A stretch of 64,000 nt of DNA, from assembly GCA_031835245.2 (NCBI GenBank), contig JAVKOQ020000019.1, positions 62,001 through 126,000 of the forward strand, given 5' to 3'. A program made the translations under genes and the position numbers. Every line of letters begins with the position of its first letter. Positions within the stretch are counted from its first letter, which is position 1. Under the pieces are notes generated by a model. It was not told the DNA's origin. It worked only from the letters and a program-made list of their open reading frames with translations, and did not search any database. Below, piece after piece: positions 24,811-37,954 of the stretch. Origin of the DNA: Balamuthia mandrillaris. Its lineage: Eukaryota.

Positions 24811-26072
24811 AAAAGGCCGAGTGCCCATGCTACAGCCTCTCGACTCCACACCTCAGGGATTATCAAAGATATCTGCTTGTTGCACTATGGCTGTTGGAAG
24901 GAAAGGTGACGGCCCGAGACATCTTCGACGATAGGATCGTTTCTCAGTTTGTCAACGATATTTTGCTTTGATTTTTCTTTGTGTTTTCTCGCTTTCTTGT
25001 TTTCAAAAAAAACTAATCTACTCACCCAAACTTCTCTCTCCCGTCTTTTAGCTTCTTTCTCATCTTTGGACCTTCTACCTCCTCTTTCTGTGGACCCGTT
25101 TCTTCGCATTCCTTTGCAACCAACCCATTCCCAACAACAAGCTCCTCTTCTTCCTTCGTCCTCTCATTATCGGTAGCTTCTCGTGGTACAACGGATGTCG
25201 TCCTGCCGAATCCATTCGCGGAGCGGACTTCAGCAACTACACTTCCCTTCAAGACTTTTTCCTTCGAGAGATCAAGCCGCGACCCATAGAGCCAGAAGCC
25301 AGAGTGGTGGCTCCTTTTGATGGCATCGTTATCAATGCTTCTCTGTTGAATGAGAGTAACGGATTCATGGGTCGACAGGTCAAAGGCATCGACTATCCTT
25401 TGGAAGAGGTTCTAGCCCTCAACAACGAGGAGAAAGAACCGGAAAGCCATGGAGAACACGCAAAGGAAAGTCAAACAGACCGAAAACAAAGACCACAACA
25501 AAGCAAAAGGAGAACATGGAAAGGAATGGAAGAAGCAAAGCGAAGGAGCATACAAATAACACGACGAAAACTTAGCAGAAGGAGAGAAGACGCAAAACAG
25601 AACAAGAGGGAAAGCGATATTCTTCACTCATGCGTATTGTTGCTGCCATTGAGTGAATGCCACCGATTGAGAGCGCCAGCGGACTTGGTCGTGCTAAAGA
25701 GGAAACACGTCTGTTGAAAAAAAAACCAAGACTCTTAACACGGACAAAGCCTCCGAGTCAAAGGCATTACTGTTACGATTCATCCAAAGCACACCTATCA
25801 AGAACGTTTAAAGATGATAGCCGGTGGAGCAACCTATGCCGGACGTCCATGTGCGCACTTTTGATGGCGTCTCTCTGAAAAGGGAGAAGAGGCTGGGAGG
25901 TTCGAGTGCGGAAGCGGGTGCGTGCTTGTTTGCGAGACTGCCGATCCGAACTTTAAGTTTCGAGTGCCACCCAAACAGTTCCTTTACTATGGCTCTGCTC
26001 TGGATTGAAGAAACAGAAAAAAAACGAACAACAAAAAAAAAGGAAATGTTTGATTTTTCATTGCATGTTTGA
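24811..26072 (+). pseudogene. Highly degenerate phosphatidylserine decarboxylase-like sequence
   Basis: NYTSLQDFFLREIKPRPI..VVAPFDG, QVKGIDYPLEEVL, LPLSECHRLRAPAD, MIAGGATYAG, GVSLKREKRLG. No LGST autocleavage motif; the 3' part appears to change frame. Boundaries approximate. Confidence 0.55.
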
Positions 26073-26114
26073 AATTAACCTTTGATATTTTATTGGACGT
26101 TTGATAAGTCATCT

Positions 26115-26990
26115 ATGTCAGATCACCAAACGGAGAATTTAACAACAATAAAAATATCTGCAAGAAAAGAAGCAAACGAAAAGGAGTGCAGGAGCACCCC
26201 AAACACGTTTGAGCACCTTCCTGCCATAGCTTGGCCATCCATGGAACAACGGAACCAGCCGGAAGAGGTTGTGCCGGAACAAACACCCCTCCAAGAAATG
26301 GATAAAGAAGGCGAAGCCGAAGAAGAAACATCAGAACAAAACACTTCAAAAGAAGAGGAAGAAAATGAAGAAGAAGAAGAAGAAGAAAACAAACAGACTT
26401 CGCCACTACAAAAGCTCAAACCTCTTCGTGGCAGTGGCCGTCGCACCAAAATAAGCAGAGGTGGGGCGGTCAAGTACAAAGGCTACTGCGAGAATTGCTT
26501 CTGCCTGGAGACGGCTCGCTGGCGGAAGGGCCGCCGGGGGGAGACCTTTTGCGACAAGTGCGGCTGGGCGGAGAGGGAGCACAAGTACGTGCTGATGGGC
26601 AACATGCGGAAGCAAGGCATGACCAGCGTCATCCTGGACATGCTGCACAACTCTGCCATCACCTTTGTGCTTCCTGCTCTCATGGGGGATGGGGAGACGC
26701 AAAGGGCAGAAAGTGGTGCAACGATGTCTTCTTCTTCTTCTTCTTCCTCGTCAAGTGTAAAGGAAAGTAGTATGAGAGTGGAACACAAAGAGAAGAGAAA
26801 TGAGGGAGAGGAAGAAGAGGAAGAGAATGACAGAGCAGACGAACTCCGGCCTCTGAGGAAGAAACGGAAGGAAGACAATGCATCTGGAAAAGAGGACAAA
26901 GAAGAAGAAGACATAAAAGACGAAAGTAAAGATGCATCACAGGAGCATTCATCATTGGCTGTTGCAACACCAACGACATCACCACAATGA
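26115..26990 (+). CDS. GATA-type zinc-finger protein, acidic and low complexity (start may be 26241)
   Basis: CENC-x17-CDKC (CENCFCLETARWRKGRRGETFCDKCG). Confidence 0.8.
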   Translation: MSDHQTENLTTIKISARKEANEKECRSTPNTFEHLPAIAWPSMEQRNQPEEVVPEQTPLQEMDKEGEAEEETSEQNTSKEEEENEEEEEEENKQTSPLQKLKPLRGSGRRTKISRGGAVKYKGYCENCFCLETARWRKGRRGETFCDKCGWAEREHKYVLMGNMRKQGMTSVILDMLHNSAITFVLPALMGDGETQRAESGATMSSSSSSSSSSVKESSMRVEHKEKRNEGEEEEEENDRADELRPLRKKRKEDNASGKEDKEEEDIKDESKDASQEHSSLAVATPTTSPQ

Positions 26991-27585
26991 CTTATTTCAT
27001 CATATGAAAATGAAAAAAAGCGTGATGGATGCAACTGCGAAGAGGCGGCGCGGGACCGCCGGTAATGCCCCCACCCAAACGTGTGTCAAAGAATCCTTTT
27101 GTGCTTTGCTCTCTCTCTTCTGCCTTCTCTCGTTTCTGCTGTCCTCTCTCTTCTCCTCTCTCTGTCCTCTCCCTTATCCTCTCTCATGTCATCTCTCCTG
27201 TCCTCTCCCATCTCCTCTCTCCTGTCCTCGATCTCCGCGTCGATCGTGAGCGATCAATAACCAACGTGGCAAATAACGATTGGCTGATTTTTTCGGTTCA
27301 TTAATTTCTGGATAAATGTGACTTGTCGACAGACAACAAAATATTAAATCAAAGAAAAAAGTGGTTCTACAATAGAAAGACGTCGAAGCAGAGAGAGAGA
27401 GAAGCGAGAAAAGGTGACCTTCCTTGGATTGCCTATCCGGAACAAAGGCGCTTGTTACAACGGTTCTTTGTTGTTTTTCAGCTACTACGCTTTTTTTTTT
27501 TTTTTGAAGGTATTTTTTTTGATTTTTTTCTTTTTCGGGAAACTAATGGATTTTATATCATCTTTGCCTTTTAAGATTGGAAGAA

Positions 27586-30500
27586 ATGTCGCTACGTCGC
27601 AAAAAGAACAACAACAAGGGGAATAATAAGCCTTCCATCCTTCCCCACGCTCACGACCCTTTTGCCTCTTCTTCTGCTTCTTCCTCTCCTTCCTCAAGCG
27701 GCACGAACATTGTTCACTTTCCTCCTTCGTCTGCCTCTTCTGCCTCTTCTTCTTCTTCTTCTTCTTCTTCTTCTTCTGCTCAGCAACCACAGCAACAACG
27801 AAGCAGAGCACCGAGCGCCCCAGCGCCTGCTGTCCGTGGCCCTTCTCGCGTGCGTAAAATCAAGCCCAAGGCCTCCGTCATCGCCTCCGCTACTGCAACA
27901 AACGACCACGGCGAAGAGATAATTGTAGGCCAAGAGACCGCCATTGCTACTGATTCGGACGCTCAAAGCACAGAAAATGAGGCAGCGGGAGAGGAGGGCG
28001 AGCAAACCAAACTAAAACAGAAAGCGGAAGACCTTGCCTCTGCTGCTGCTTCTTCTTCTTCATCTGTTGAAAGCGGAGAAGCAGCAAAAGAAGAAGAAGA
28101 GGGACCCCAACTACGAGAACAAGCACCACAAGAAGCAAAGGCGTCGTCGCCAAGGAATCCTCCTCCAAAGGTGCCGCCGCGAGAACGGACCACAAAAGCG
28201 ACAGAGTATCACAAACAAACCAAAAATAATGCTCCCTCCACGCTATCTATGCCATCGCTCTCTGCTGCGCCCAATGAAGTGAGAGAAGAAGCACTTCAGC
28301 GGGATGCTCTTACTGCTCGTGATAGCGATAGGAATTCTGTTGTGGATAAAGATGAGTGGCTGCAGCAGTTGCTGCGGCTACCTGAAAACGCTGTTTGTGC
28401 TGAATGCTCCCGTTCAGGTTTGTTTCATTCGTGGTGTCACAATTGTGTTCATTTTTTCAGTTTTGCATTTAGCTCTTTCGCCTGTTCATTTCCTCTTTGT
28501 CTTTGTCTTTGTCTTTCTCTTTCTCTTTCTCTTTCTCATTCTCATTCTCTTTCTTTTCTGTCTTTTCGTTTTCATATCTTATTTTACTGCTCTTAAACAG
28601 ATCCGCGATGGATATCTTTTGGGGACAACTTTGCTGTTACTATTTGCATAGGTTGTGCTGGTCACCACAGAAGCCTCGGCACCCACATCGCTCGCATTCG
28701 TTCCATCGATCTTGATAAGTGGGATGAAGAACAGCTCAGCGTAAGCATTCTCTTGTTTCTGTATTTTTTAACGTTTCTTTTCTTTTGTTCTAAGTTGTTC
28801 TAAAACGGTGCTCATTTTCAGCTGTTGGCAATTGGAGGCAACAAGAATGCAAATGCGTTTTATGAAGCCTTTATCCCTCCTGAACATACCAAACCTACTC
28901 CTTCCTCCACTCCAGAGTACGTCCTTGTTCTTCTTCGTTATCATCTTCATGCTCTTTTTCTCTCTTGCATGCGTGCGCGCTCGCACAGCTTGTTCAAAAA
29001 AATTTAAGCATCCGTACTAATAGCAAGAGTTGAGCGCACATAAACCATCGATTGTTTATTGTGCTATTCAATGAAACTCTTGTTTCAACTCGGATAAAAG
29101 CACAAAAGCAGCATATTCCTATCGCAGATGAGCTTTTTTCCTGAACTGCTCTTTTGTTCATTTTTTCTTGCTGTAACATCCTTTCTCGTTCTAAACCTCA
29201 ATTTTTGTTTATTAGTTGTGTTTGTGTATGTGTTCTTTTTTTCAGTCAGTGACGAACTAATCTCATCATCGCTTGCAGAGAATGTAAACAATGGGTAGAA
29301 TGGAAGTATCGTGACAAAATGTTCATGGCAGATTTGCCCGTTCTTTCTCTTCCATTACCTCCTCCTCCACCTGGCGTCCCGGACTCAGATTCTGCCTCTC
29401 CTTCTTCAACATCTACTACTTCATTTGAAAAAGGAGAAGTCTGCCAAGTGTACTTGGAACAAGAAGCCCGTTGGTGCGAAGCTGTTATTCGTTATGTCAC
29501 AAGGGATGGTAAATACGTGTTACGTCTTCAATCCGAAACTGGTGGTGCTTTGATTCAAGCGATACCTCAGCATCTTCAAAAACTTGAATCCGCCGCTTCT
29601 CCTGCTTCTCCTTCTTTGGATGCAGAAAACAAAGTAAAGAAACCTGCTTTGTTACCAAAACCAGCTCGATACGTATCTCCACCTCACTCTAGGACTTCTT
29701 CGATGGACGAAGGAAATTCTTTCCCTGCTCTGGCTTCTCCCTCTGGTTCATTCTCTTCTTTGCCGTCCTCTCCTTCATCCTCTTCTCCCTCTTTGACGAC
29801 GATACCTCCACTGGGGGGAATGGGATCATTGGAGCTGGATGCTGTGGGTCCGTATGAGCCTCATCCAGTGGCAGTCGGTGCTGTCACTCCACCAATGTCT
29901 CCTCGTACTAGCGCTCAATTTCTTATTCGTAATACTTTCCTTCTCGCTCAACCTCTCTCATAATATGTAATGCTCCCATTCCTTACACTCAATCCCTTTC
30001 TTTTTGTATGCAGAGAGTAATACCAAAGATGGAGAAGGAACTCTTTCTCGGCTCTCCCCGCCAAGAAATGCAACAATAGAAGAAACTCTTCATTCTGCTT
30101 TTAGTCATGAAGACGTGCCTCGACGCAACACAGCCCTCGGTGGTAGTTTGATTGGTTAGTTGTTTAATTTTTGTTTTCTCATTCTCGTTCTAAGTTATTC
30201 TTTCTTCTTCTCATTTCAGAGAAAGGAGTGAGCACACCTCCAGCAGGATCAGGAATGCACGGCAGTCGCAACGTCTTTGCTCCTCTTCCAGCAGGAACTG
30301 CCAAGTCCATGTCTTCCGTCGCAAAGGACATGCGTCCTCCTCTTCCTCCTAAGCCTGCCGAGCTCCGCAACGAAACAATTGGTTCATCAGTCGTTGCACC
30401 ACCAGGAAGACCCACAAGACCCTCTGCCGCGAGAAGACCAGCTGGAAGTGGGGTTGGCGGTGGAAAATATTCCACGATGAGACTTCCAAGTCGTTCTGCC

Positions 30501-31823
30501 GAGGCGTCATCTTCTTCAGAACAGGTAATTTTTCCTATCCTCTCTTTGGTTCGAATTTTGCTGTTTAACATGGTGTTTTTTTTTGTTGTTGTTGTTGTGC
30601 TACAGTTAATGATGCACCAGAAAAAAACGCAAGAAGAGATGGAAGAAATTCTTCTTGCCACATTTTCCAAACGAAAGGCTTCCCCTTCTTCTGATTCTCC
30701 TTCTCCCTCTTCTCCCGCTTCCTCCTCCATATCTTCTCCTCCTCCTCTTCCCACATCCAAATCTCCTACTTCTTCCCCTTCTTCTTCCCAGGTTCGCCCT
30801 TCTCTCCCAACACGTGGTTCTGCTTCTTCTGCCAGAGCTTCCACTCTTCGACCCTCCAGACAGAACAAAAGCTCTCCTTCTTCATTGATGATGGATCTTG
30901 ATCCTTCATATCGCTCTCGTTTTGCTACTGATGCCCCTCCAGCAATGCTTCACCAGAACAACAATCTGCATGATAGCAGCGGAGGGAGCTCTTCTTCGGA
31001 GGAAGGATCAGCCATTAAACCTGAGTTTCACAGCGCAGAGGATGAGTTGGCATTCCTCAAGATGAGAATGGCGGAACTGCAAAAGAAGATAGATGAGAAG
31101 AAGAGCAAGAGAAAGAAAGGAGGAAGATTGAACAAACTGAGAAAGAAGAAAGGAAGTACAAATGAAGAACAACATCAGAGTGAAGCTGGTGAAGGAGAAG
31201 AATCTTCATCAGTGGAAGGTGGTGCAACAACGAATAAGGAGAAAGAGAAGAACAACTTGAACAAAGCGGCGTTGAATAAGACGTTCAAGAAAGTGGGAGA
31301 ATTTACGGGAATGAGAAAGCATTTGACGGAGGAGGAGAAGCAAAAGAGAGAGAAGAAGAAAGAGGAGAAGAAGAGGGTCAAGAAACAACTCCTAGAAGAC
31401 AAGAAAGAGAAGAAAGCCAAGCAGCTCTCCGAATCTTCTCCTTTCCCACAATCGAATTCCGTGGAAGACGCCAACAACAAAGAGAAACCTTACTTTGGCA
31501 AACAGCTCAGCAGGACCACCTCTCTGCTCTTCCAACGGACCAAACAGACCACCAAAAAGATGGGCAAGAAGAAGCAGAGCAGCCAAAGCGACGACGAGGC
31601 CGAAAGCAGTCGACGAGTGAAGAAAGTGCCAAGAGAGAGCAAGCAAGGCTCCTCGTCTTCTTCTTCTTCGGTGGCTGTGGCTGCCGCCGCGGCGACTGTT
31701 GGCGCCGTGACTGCTGCCGTGGAGAAGGAGAGCGAAGAGACAGAGAGAGAGGCGGTCATCGAACAAGAAGAAGAAACGGAGCAAGCCGACTCGAACGAAG
31801 CTGAAGGCCTTGTTGTTGTATAA
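27586..31823 (+). CDS. ArfGAP-domain protein with a Tudor/SH3-like barrel and long Pro/Ser- and Lys-rich regions, multi-exon
   Basis: LLRLPENAVCAECS, PRWISF...ICIGCAGHHRSLGTHIARIRSIDLDKW, IGGNKNANAFYE; FEKGEVCQVY....RWCEAVI....DGKYVL. Linkage of the 3' exons is inferred. Confidence 0.8.
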
Positions 31824-32148
31824 AAATAACACTAATGAAAACTTTCCGCAGGGAAAATTGGTGTCGACAAGGACTGCTTCAAACCCTAGGCCACCGCATA
31901 ATATGTTGTACACATCTATTAGATAACATCCAAACCGACCTTCATCCAATGATCATATTAGAGTGGGGGTAGCCCGTTTCAAGGGTCGATCCGACGGAAA
32001 ACTATTATCTAAGCCCTCCTTTTTACCTACGAGAAAATGACGTCACGCCCCAATCATTATTTTATTATTTTTGATTTCAGCGCAAAGAAAAAAAAAATAA
32101 TAAAAAAAGGCAAAGCTTAGCAAGCCGAAAAAGGGGGAGGAAAAAAAA

Positions 32149-32476
32149 ATGTACACGGACAGCAGGCCGGTCGTGCGTGGGGGTGGCGGCAGGGACAGCG
32201 GCCCAAGAGGAGGGGGCGGGGGACCCTCCTACCACAGAAACCTCACGGGCCTCTATGGGCTCAACAGGAACACCCAACGACGATTTCCCATGGCCCTGGG
32301 CAGCGTGGCGATTCGCGCCCGCGTCTTGGACCTCTTTGGGCGCGTGCAGGTGGAGCAGGTCTACACCAACAACGACGAGCACCCCGTTGACGCTACGTAA
32401 GTCTCGCTCCTCTTCTTCGTTTTTTTTTTTGTCTTTTGCAAACACCACCAATCTTTTCACTCATCTTTTGTCATCT

Positions 32477-32515
<39 letters not shown>

Positions 32516-34983
32516 GTTTTTGTGATTTTGTGTGATGTTTCAAAAGCTATTTTTTCACAGTGCCATTGAACTCGGCTGTGACCTCTTTTAACGCTGAGAT
32601 TGAGGGCGGCAGACAGGTCTCCATCAAGGTGATGGAGAACGAGGAAGCCCTTACGGCCTACCAACTCGAGGACGCGCTCCACAACAGCGCCATCTATAAT
32701 GCCCCACCTGGCGAGGAGGCTAGACCAAATGTCTTCACCGCTTGTATTGGCAGCATTCCTTCTGGTTCCTCCTCTTCTTCTTCTTCCATCTCTTCTTTTC
32801 TTCAACCCAGTCGCTTACTCAACTTCCACTCCTTTTGCTTTGCTTGCTTGTTTACGTATTTTTTTTTGGACGGTCACCAAAATAGGACACAAAGCAACGA
32901 TCAAGCTGACCTATATCACCGAACTCGCCTTTGAAAAAAGAGAGCGCAAAGGTGCTCGTCAACCGGCCGTTCCTCACAACGTTGCCCCCAATTCTGGTCG
33001 TCGCATCAAGTTCAGCCTTCCCTCTCGCCTTGCCCCCAAGCCCAAGAAACCAAGTTCTTCCTCCTCTTCTTCCAGTTTCTACGACAAAGGCCGCACGCCT
33101 TCTCTGAAGCTCTTTGTGGATGTTCAGTTGGAAATGTCGGAGCGCATTCAAGGAGTTGCGGCCAATCAGCCCATTTCGTTGGGGCTTAAGAGCGAGAAAA
33201 CAGGGAGAGTGACTGTTGGAGGAGGCTCCTTGGTAAAAGGCTTCAAGCACGATTTTGGGCTGTACATCTCTTTGACCAAGCAGCAAAGCAATCGTTGCTA
33301 TGCTCTATTGGAAGCGCCCCAAGAAGAGGGAGGAGCCTATACTGCTGTGCTTGTGGTATACCCAAAGGCCTTGATGCGCACTGCCGGTCCCTCTTCTGCT
33401 GAAAAAGACAATAAGAGGAAAGAAGACAAAGAGGGAGGAGAAGAAGAGGATAAAAAGAAAACGACAGCGGAGAAAGAAGAAAATAAAGGAGAAGGAGAGG
33501 ATGAAGACGAGGAAGAGGAAGGAGGTGAGGAAGGGGAGGAGGATGGAGAGGGTGAAGAAGGAGAAGGAGAGGAAGGCGAGGAACACGGCGAAGCTGAAAA
33601 GTGGCGAGATGAGAAGCAAAGTGGAGGTGGAGCAGATCAAAGTGCCACCAATACTAGACAACCAAAACCAGCTCTGACCGATCTGCATTTGGAGTGGACC
33701 ACCAATGACGGCAGCCCGCTTTCCGCTTCCATCAAAGAGAAGATCAAGCATAGCTTCATCCCAACTTCTGTTATCCTCAATCGACCCGTTTTGTTGGTCC
33801 ACTGCTCGTTGCCATTTGAAGCGTTTGGCCAATCCTCGAAAAACGACGAAGATAAGATGCTGAAAGTGACCATTGCGGGCGACTCCACTCGTGGAGGAGG
33901 CAAAGTATCGCTGGACCTGGAGTTAAAGGCCAGTGACGCCCTTCGTAGCGAAAAATACGACGCTCTCTTGCATCAACTCTTTGCCAGGTCACTGGTGAGA
34001 GGCTTGGAAAGGTCTCTGGAGGACGGCAAGGCAGAGTGGGAGCTCAAGAAGGAGATCATCGAGTTGGGCATGAGGTACGGCCTCTCCTCTCGCTTCACCA
34101 CATTTGTGGGAGTGGAACGGCAACAGCCTCCTGCTGCGGAAGAGGAGACCACCACTCCTGCTACTGTTGTGGAGAAGATAGTTCCTTTGAATGGACCAGC
34201 TTTTACCGAGGCCAGGAGATATCACGACTCTAGAGCTAGAGCTGGCAGAAGTGGAGGAGGAAGAGGAGGAAGGGGAGGATACGGTGGTGGCAGAGGAAGC
34301 GGCAGAGACAGTCGACGATTCGATGACCGTGGAGCATCAACACCCGGTAATGAGCAGCAGTACAACAGAGACACTGACTCTTATAGAGGAAGAGGAGGAG
34401 GTGGAAGAGGAGGCAGCGGCCGAGGAGGAAGAGGTGGAGGTAGAGATTTTGGTAGACGTGGAGGAGGTTATTCTTCTTCTTCTTGGGATCAAGGCAGAAG
34501 AGGAACTAGAGGAGAGGAAGCTGCTTCTCCTCCTCCACCGAAAGAGCTCAAGGTCAGTGCTGCTACTGTCGAGGCTCTAATAGCGTTGAAGCCACAGCAG
34601 GATGTTCCCTATTGGAAGCTGGCGTCGCCGCTGGCAGCTGCCTTTGGGCTAAGCATCACTGACCTCACGGATGGCCTTATTGGTCTTCCTCTCAGCGACT
34701 TTGTGAGCAACATTTGGGCTACCGCTTTGGTATTGATCGCCTTTTGCGCTTTATCTCTCTCTGTCTCTGTTTCTCTCTCTCCCGCTGACACGCAAAACAT
34801 TTCTTTACACAGGTGTTGGCAGCCACACGCACCCTGAGCGAAGAGGAGAAAGCCAAATGGGCACAAGTCACCGAACCCGCCGAGCAGTGGCTGAGCGCCG
34901 AGGCCGAAAAGAACGTCCTGCACGACCTCAACCACTGGCTGACCAAAGCCAATGCCTTCCTCACCAAACGTCTGCGCCAGTGA
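32149..34983 (+). CDS. VIT-domain protein (vWA5A-like) with an acidic linker and RGG region, multi-exon
   Basis: VAIRARVLDLFGRVQVEQVYTN..PVDA, NVFTACIGSIP, IKLTYITEL, LHQLFARSLVR, IIELGMRYGLSSRFTTFVGVE, WATAL|VLAA...W....EQWL. Confidence 0.8.
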
Positions 34984-35167
34984 AGGCTTAAAAATTTAAT
35001 TTTTTTAAAGGTGGTTTAGATTGATATTCGATTTGGTGGTCTCCATTTTTGATTATTCATTGGTGCTTTGAAAATTTGATCTGCGCTTCATTTTGATCCA
35101 AATGAACATCAATCTCATCACGCGTCCGTCCCATCTTTGGAAATGTTCCGTAAGGTCAATCTCCCTA

Positions 35168-35326
35168 AAGCGGAGCAATGAATTTTTGTCGACGTGAAAG
35201 ATCTCTGCTAGAGATGAGACAAAGAAAAAGACAACAGAAATGGCCTTTTTATGGTAAGATAAAGCCTCGTTTTGATTTTTGATTGGTGGTTTGAAACTTT
35301 CAGTAACCGATCAAAGCATTGAGCCC
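35168..35326 (+). repeat. Dispersed ~150-bp intergenic repeat, copy 1
   Basis: Matches the reverse complement of ~55795-55935 (TTTTTGTCGACGTG.AAGATCTCTGCT; GCCTTTTTATGGTAAG; TTTTGATTTTTGATTGGTGGTTTGAAACTTTCAG). Confidence 0.85.
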
Positions 35327-35718
35327 CTTACCCCACAAATAAGGCAATGAGAGAACAAAACCCCCCCTTTTTTTTTTTCTGGGAAAGCCAACCGCCGCAA
35401 ATACAAACAACGACGTTTGTTGGACCCAACAAAGGAAAGACAGACAAGCGCTTTTTGTTTCTACCAGTTGGTTCGGTGGGGAGACGGGGAGAGGGTGGGG
35501 GTCGAGTAGGGTCGCTGCTACGCAAAAAATATAACGTTAAGCAGGTTCGTGTGCCATGCGTCGTTTCAGCTCTTGCGTTTAACTCAAACAATTAAACAGT
35601 TAGAGGCAGTTACGAGGTCGTCGAGCAACACCGTTGGAAGGAAAAAAAAAGGAGGCACTCAGTTTAACAAGCCACTTGGAACACGTACACAGCGCACACC
35701 TTAAAAAACAACAGCAAC

Positions 35719-37680
35719 ATGATGTGGTTCTCCAGCCACACCACGCCCACGAGGGCCGCCAAGAAGAGAGAGAAAAGCGAAGGCGGTGGCACCATGCCTA
35801 AAATCAAGGCGCATAGAAGTTACTCCATGCCGTACCCTCAAGACAAAATGCGCAGCCGAAGCGGCAGCGGCAGCAGTGGCAGCAACAGCGGCAGCAATCA
35901 CGAGACGGTCTCGCCACCACCGATGGGAGAGGAGAGCAGCCTCACCGCTTTGGGAAGGACGGCTAACATAATCAAGAGAAGAAGTCGCAGAGGGACGGCC
36001 ACGGGAGAGATGAGATGCTCAAAAGGTAGTCAGAAGGATAGCGATCAACTGCAACGACCTCAAAAGCATGCGCGCATTGAGCGAGCCACGCAAAGCAGCG
36101 ATCGAGTCCGAACGCTGCCTCCCAAGCCCGTTTCGTCCAGCCCTGCTGCCTCCTCTCCCTCCGTGATGGTAAGTGTACATAAGAAGAAGAAAGAACCTAA
36201 ACAACGACCACAAACAAAGGCGACAAAGCTGAAGAAGAAAGAGAGAAGGGCCTCCACACCCCGTGTAAGGCTCGTGCATGATGATGAGGAATTGGACTAT
36301 CGGAAATGGCTAACCAGCACACTCTCTTGCCAAGACCTCATTCCTCCTTGGAAAGGTGCTGGAGGCGTCAAGAACAAACTGAAGAACCGAACGAATCGGT
36401 TTCAAACCGAAGAGAAAAAGGAGCAACAACACATGGCTGACCGGTATCAGCATCCATTAGTGGAGTTTCTTCGTAGCTGGCATTTGGCCAGCTTTCAGGG
36501 CGTTTGTTGCATTCTTTTGCTAACTCTAATGGCTCTGTTTCTTCGAACGGTGTTGCTACGATGGCACACCTCGTCTCCGAGTTTTGTTGACACCGCCACC
36601 ATTGCAGCTACCGAACTTCTGTCTTTACTCTACTCTGCTCCTTCTTCTCCTCTCATTAATTCCACTTCATCTACGAATTACTATTTGCCATCTACATGTT
36701 CGTGTATTCAACAGCACGTGGAGCGGCAAGAGCCAGACGACGAACACTTGTGGTTCGTTCCTACTCCTCTTTTTATCTTCGAGATGCATATGCTATTGGG
36801 CTTTTTGGCTGCTTGGATTGGACGGCGAACCGCGTTTGAGGATGATAAGCAAGAAGACGTGGCCAAAGAGAATACCAAGAGCGAGGAGAGAAAGAAGCAG
36901 AACAAGAAGAAGAAGAAAAAAATGTCGAACACGCCGGCGCCGGCTGACTTGTCGATGGCGTTGACGGAAGCATTGCTTCAAAAGCAGATCGAGAGGCAGT
37001 GGAAGAAGAAAGTCAGGAAGTTGGAAAAAAGAGTGGCAGCATTGGAGTTGGAATTATCATGGAGAGAGCTCACATCGAGAGTAGGGGCACCATCTGCTCC
37101 AATACAAGAAAGCAGCGGCAGCAAAGACGGTAGAGCCGTCCTGGAAGAGAAAGCGAGACTTCCTTTGTCGAGGTCTTGGGATAACGTGTCAAAATCAGCG
37201 AAGAACTCTCCTCTTGAGACGAATGACCGGCTAACAAGGGAAAAGTGTGTACCATCACCGCAAAACGCTACGAAAGAGGACAGAGAGAAGAAAAAGGAAG
37301 AGAGGAGTAAAGAGAAACGAGAAAACAAAGAACGGAGAAAGGAAGAGAAACAACGAGAAAAAGAAGAAAAGGGAAAAAGGAAGGAAGAGAAGCAACGAGA
37401 AAAAGAAGATAAACAACGAGAGAAGGGAGAGAAAGAAAAGCGAAAGGATAAGGAGAAGAAAAACAAAGACAAAGAAGCAAAAGAAAAGGAAAAGGAGAAG
37501 GATTTGGAGAAGCGGAGAACGAGAAGTTCTACAGACCGAGATGCCGCCAAGAAGGTCAAGATCTTCAGCATAAGGGCTCAGAGGAGCGCCTCCGTGGGAG
37601 AACGAGAAATTATGTTGCTCCGGGAAGAGCGAGCCAAAGAGGCTCAACTCGACGAGGTTATAAAGAAAGAATGGGGATAG
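35719..37680 (+). CDS. Hypothetical 653-aa protein with two hydrophobic segments and a K/E-rich coiled-coil C-terminus
   Basis: Long open frame with ATG; hydrophobic GVCCILLLTLMALFL and LFIFEMHMLLGFLAAWI. No family recognised. Confidence 0.65.
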   Translation: MMWFSSHTTPTRAAKKREKSEGGGTMPKIKAHRSYSMPYPQDKMRSRSGSGSSGSNSGSNHETVSPPPMGEESSLTALGRTANIIKRRSRRGTATGEMRCSKGSQKDSDQLQRPQKHARIERATQSSDRVRTLPPKPVSSSPAASSPSVMVSVHKKKKEPKQRPQTKATKLKKKERRASTPRVRLVHDDEELDYRKWLTSTLSCQDLIPPWKGAGGVKNKLKNRTNRFQTEEKKEQQHMADRYQHPLVEFLRSWHLASFQGVCCILLLTLMALFLRTVLLRWHTSSPSFVDTATIAATELLSLLYSAPSSPLINSTSSTNYYLPSTCSCIQQHVERQEPDDEHLWFVPTPLFIFEMHMLLGFLAAWIGRRTAFEDDKQEDVAKENTKSEERKKQNKKKKKKMSNTPAPADLSMALTEALLQKQIERQWKKKVRKLEKRVAALELELSWRELTSRVGAPSAPIQESSGSKDGRAVLEEKARLPLSRSWDNVSKSAKNSPLETNDRLTREKCVPSPQNATKEDREKKKEERSKEKRENKERRKEEKQREKEEKGKRKEEKQREKEDKQREKGEKEKRKDKEKKNKDKEAKEKEKEKDLEKRRTRSSTDRDAAKKVKIFSIRAQRSASVGEREIMLLREERAKEAQLDEVIKKEWG

Positions 37681-37954
37681 ACAGAGCAACAGAAATGCCT
37701 GGAAAAATGCCGACCCTTGAAATAACGTGCGTTTTTTTTTTGAGCAATTGGGCCGAAAAGACGTTCCATTCAAGTTTCCTCTTTTCGTCAACTTTTCTCA
37801 TTCTTCTCCTTAAAAACACAGTTTATCTGGTTGCTCGAATTACTGGGTGGTTATGTTAATTATGTTCTTAATTAAGAGCGTTTCAGGTCTCCTCATTAAC
37901 GCTTTGCAACACGGCAAGAACAAACACACTAAAAAAAAAGCAAAGACCAGCAAG

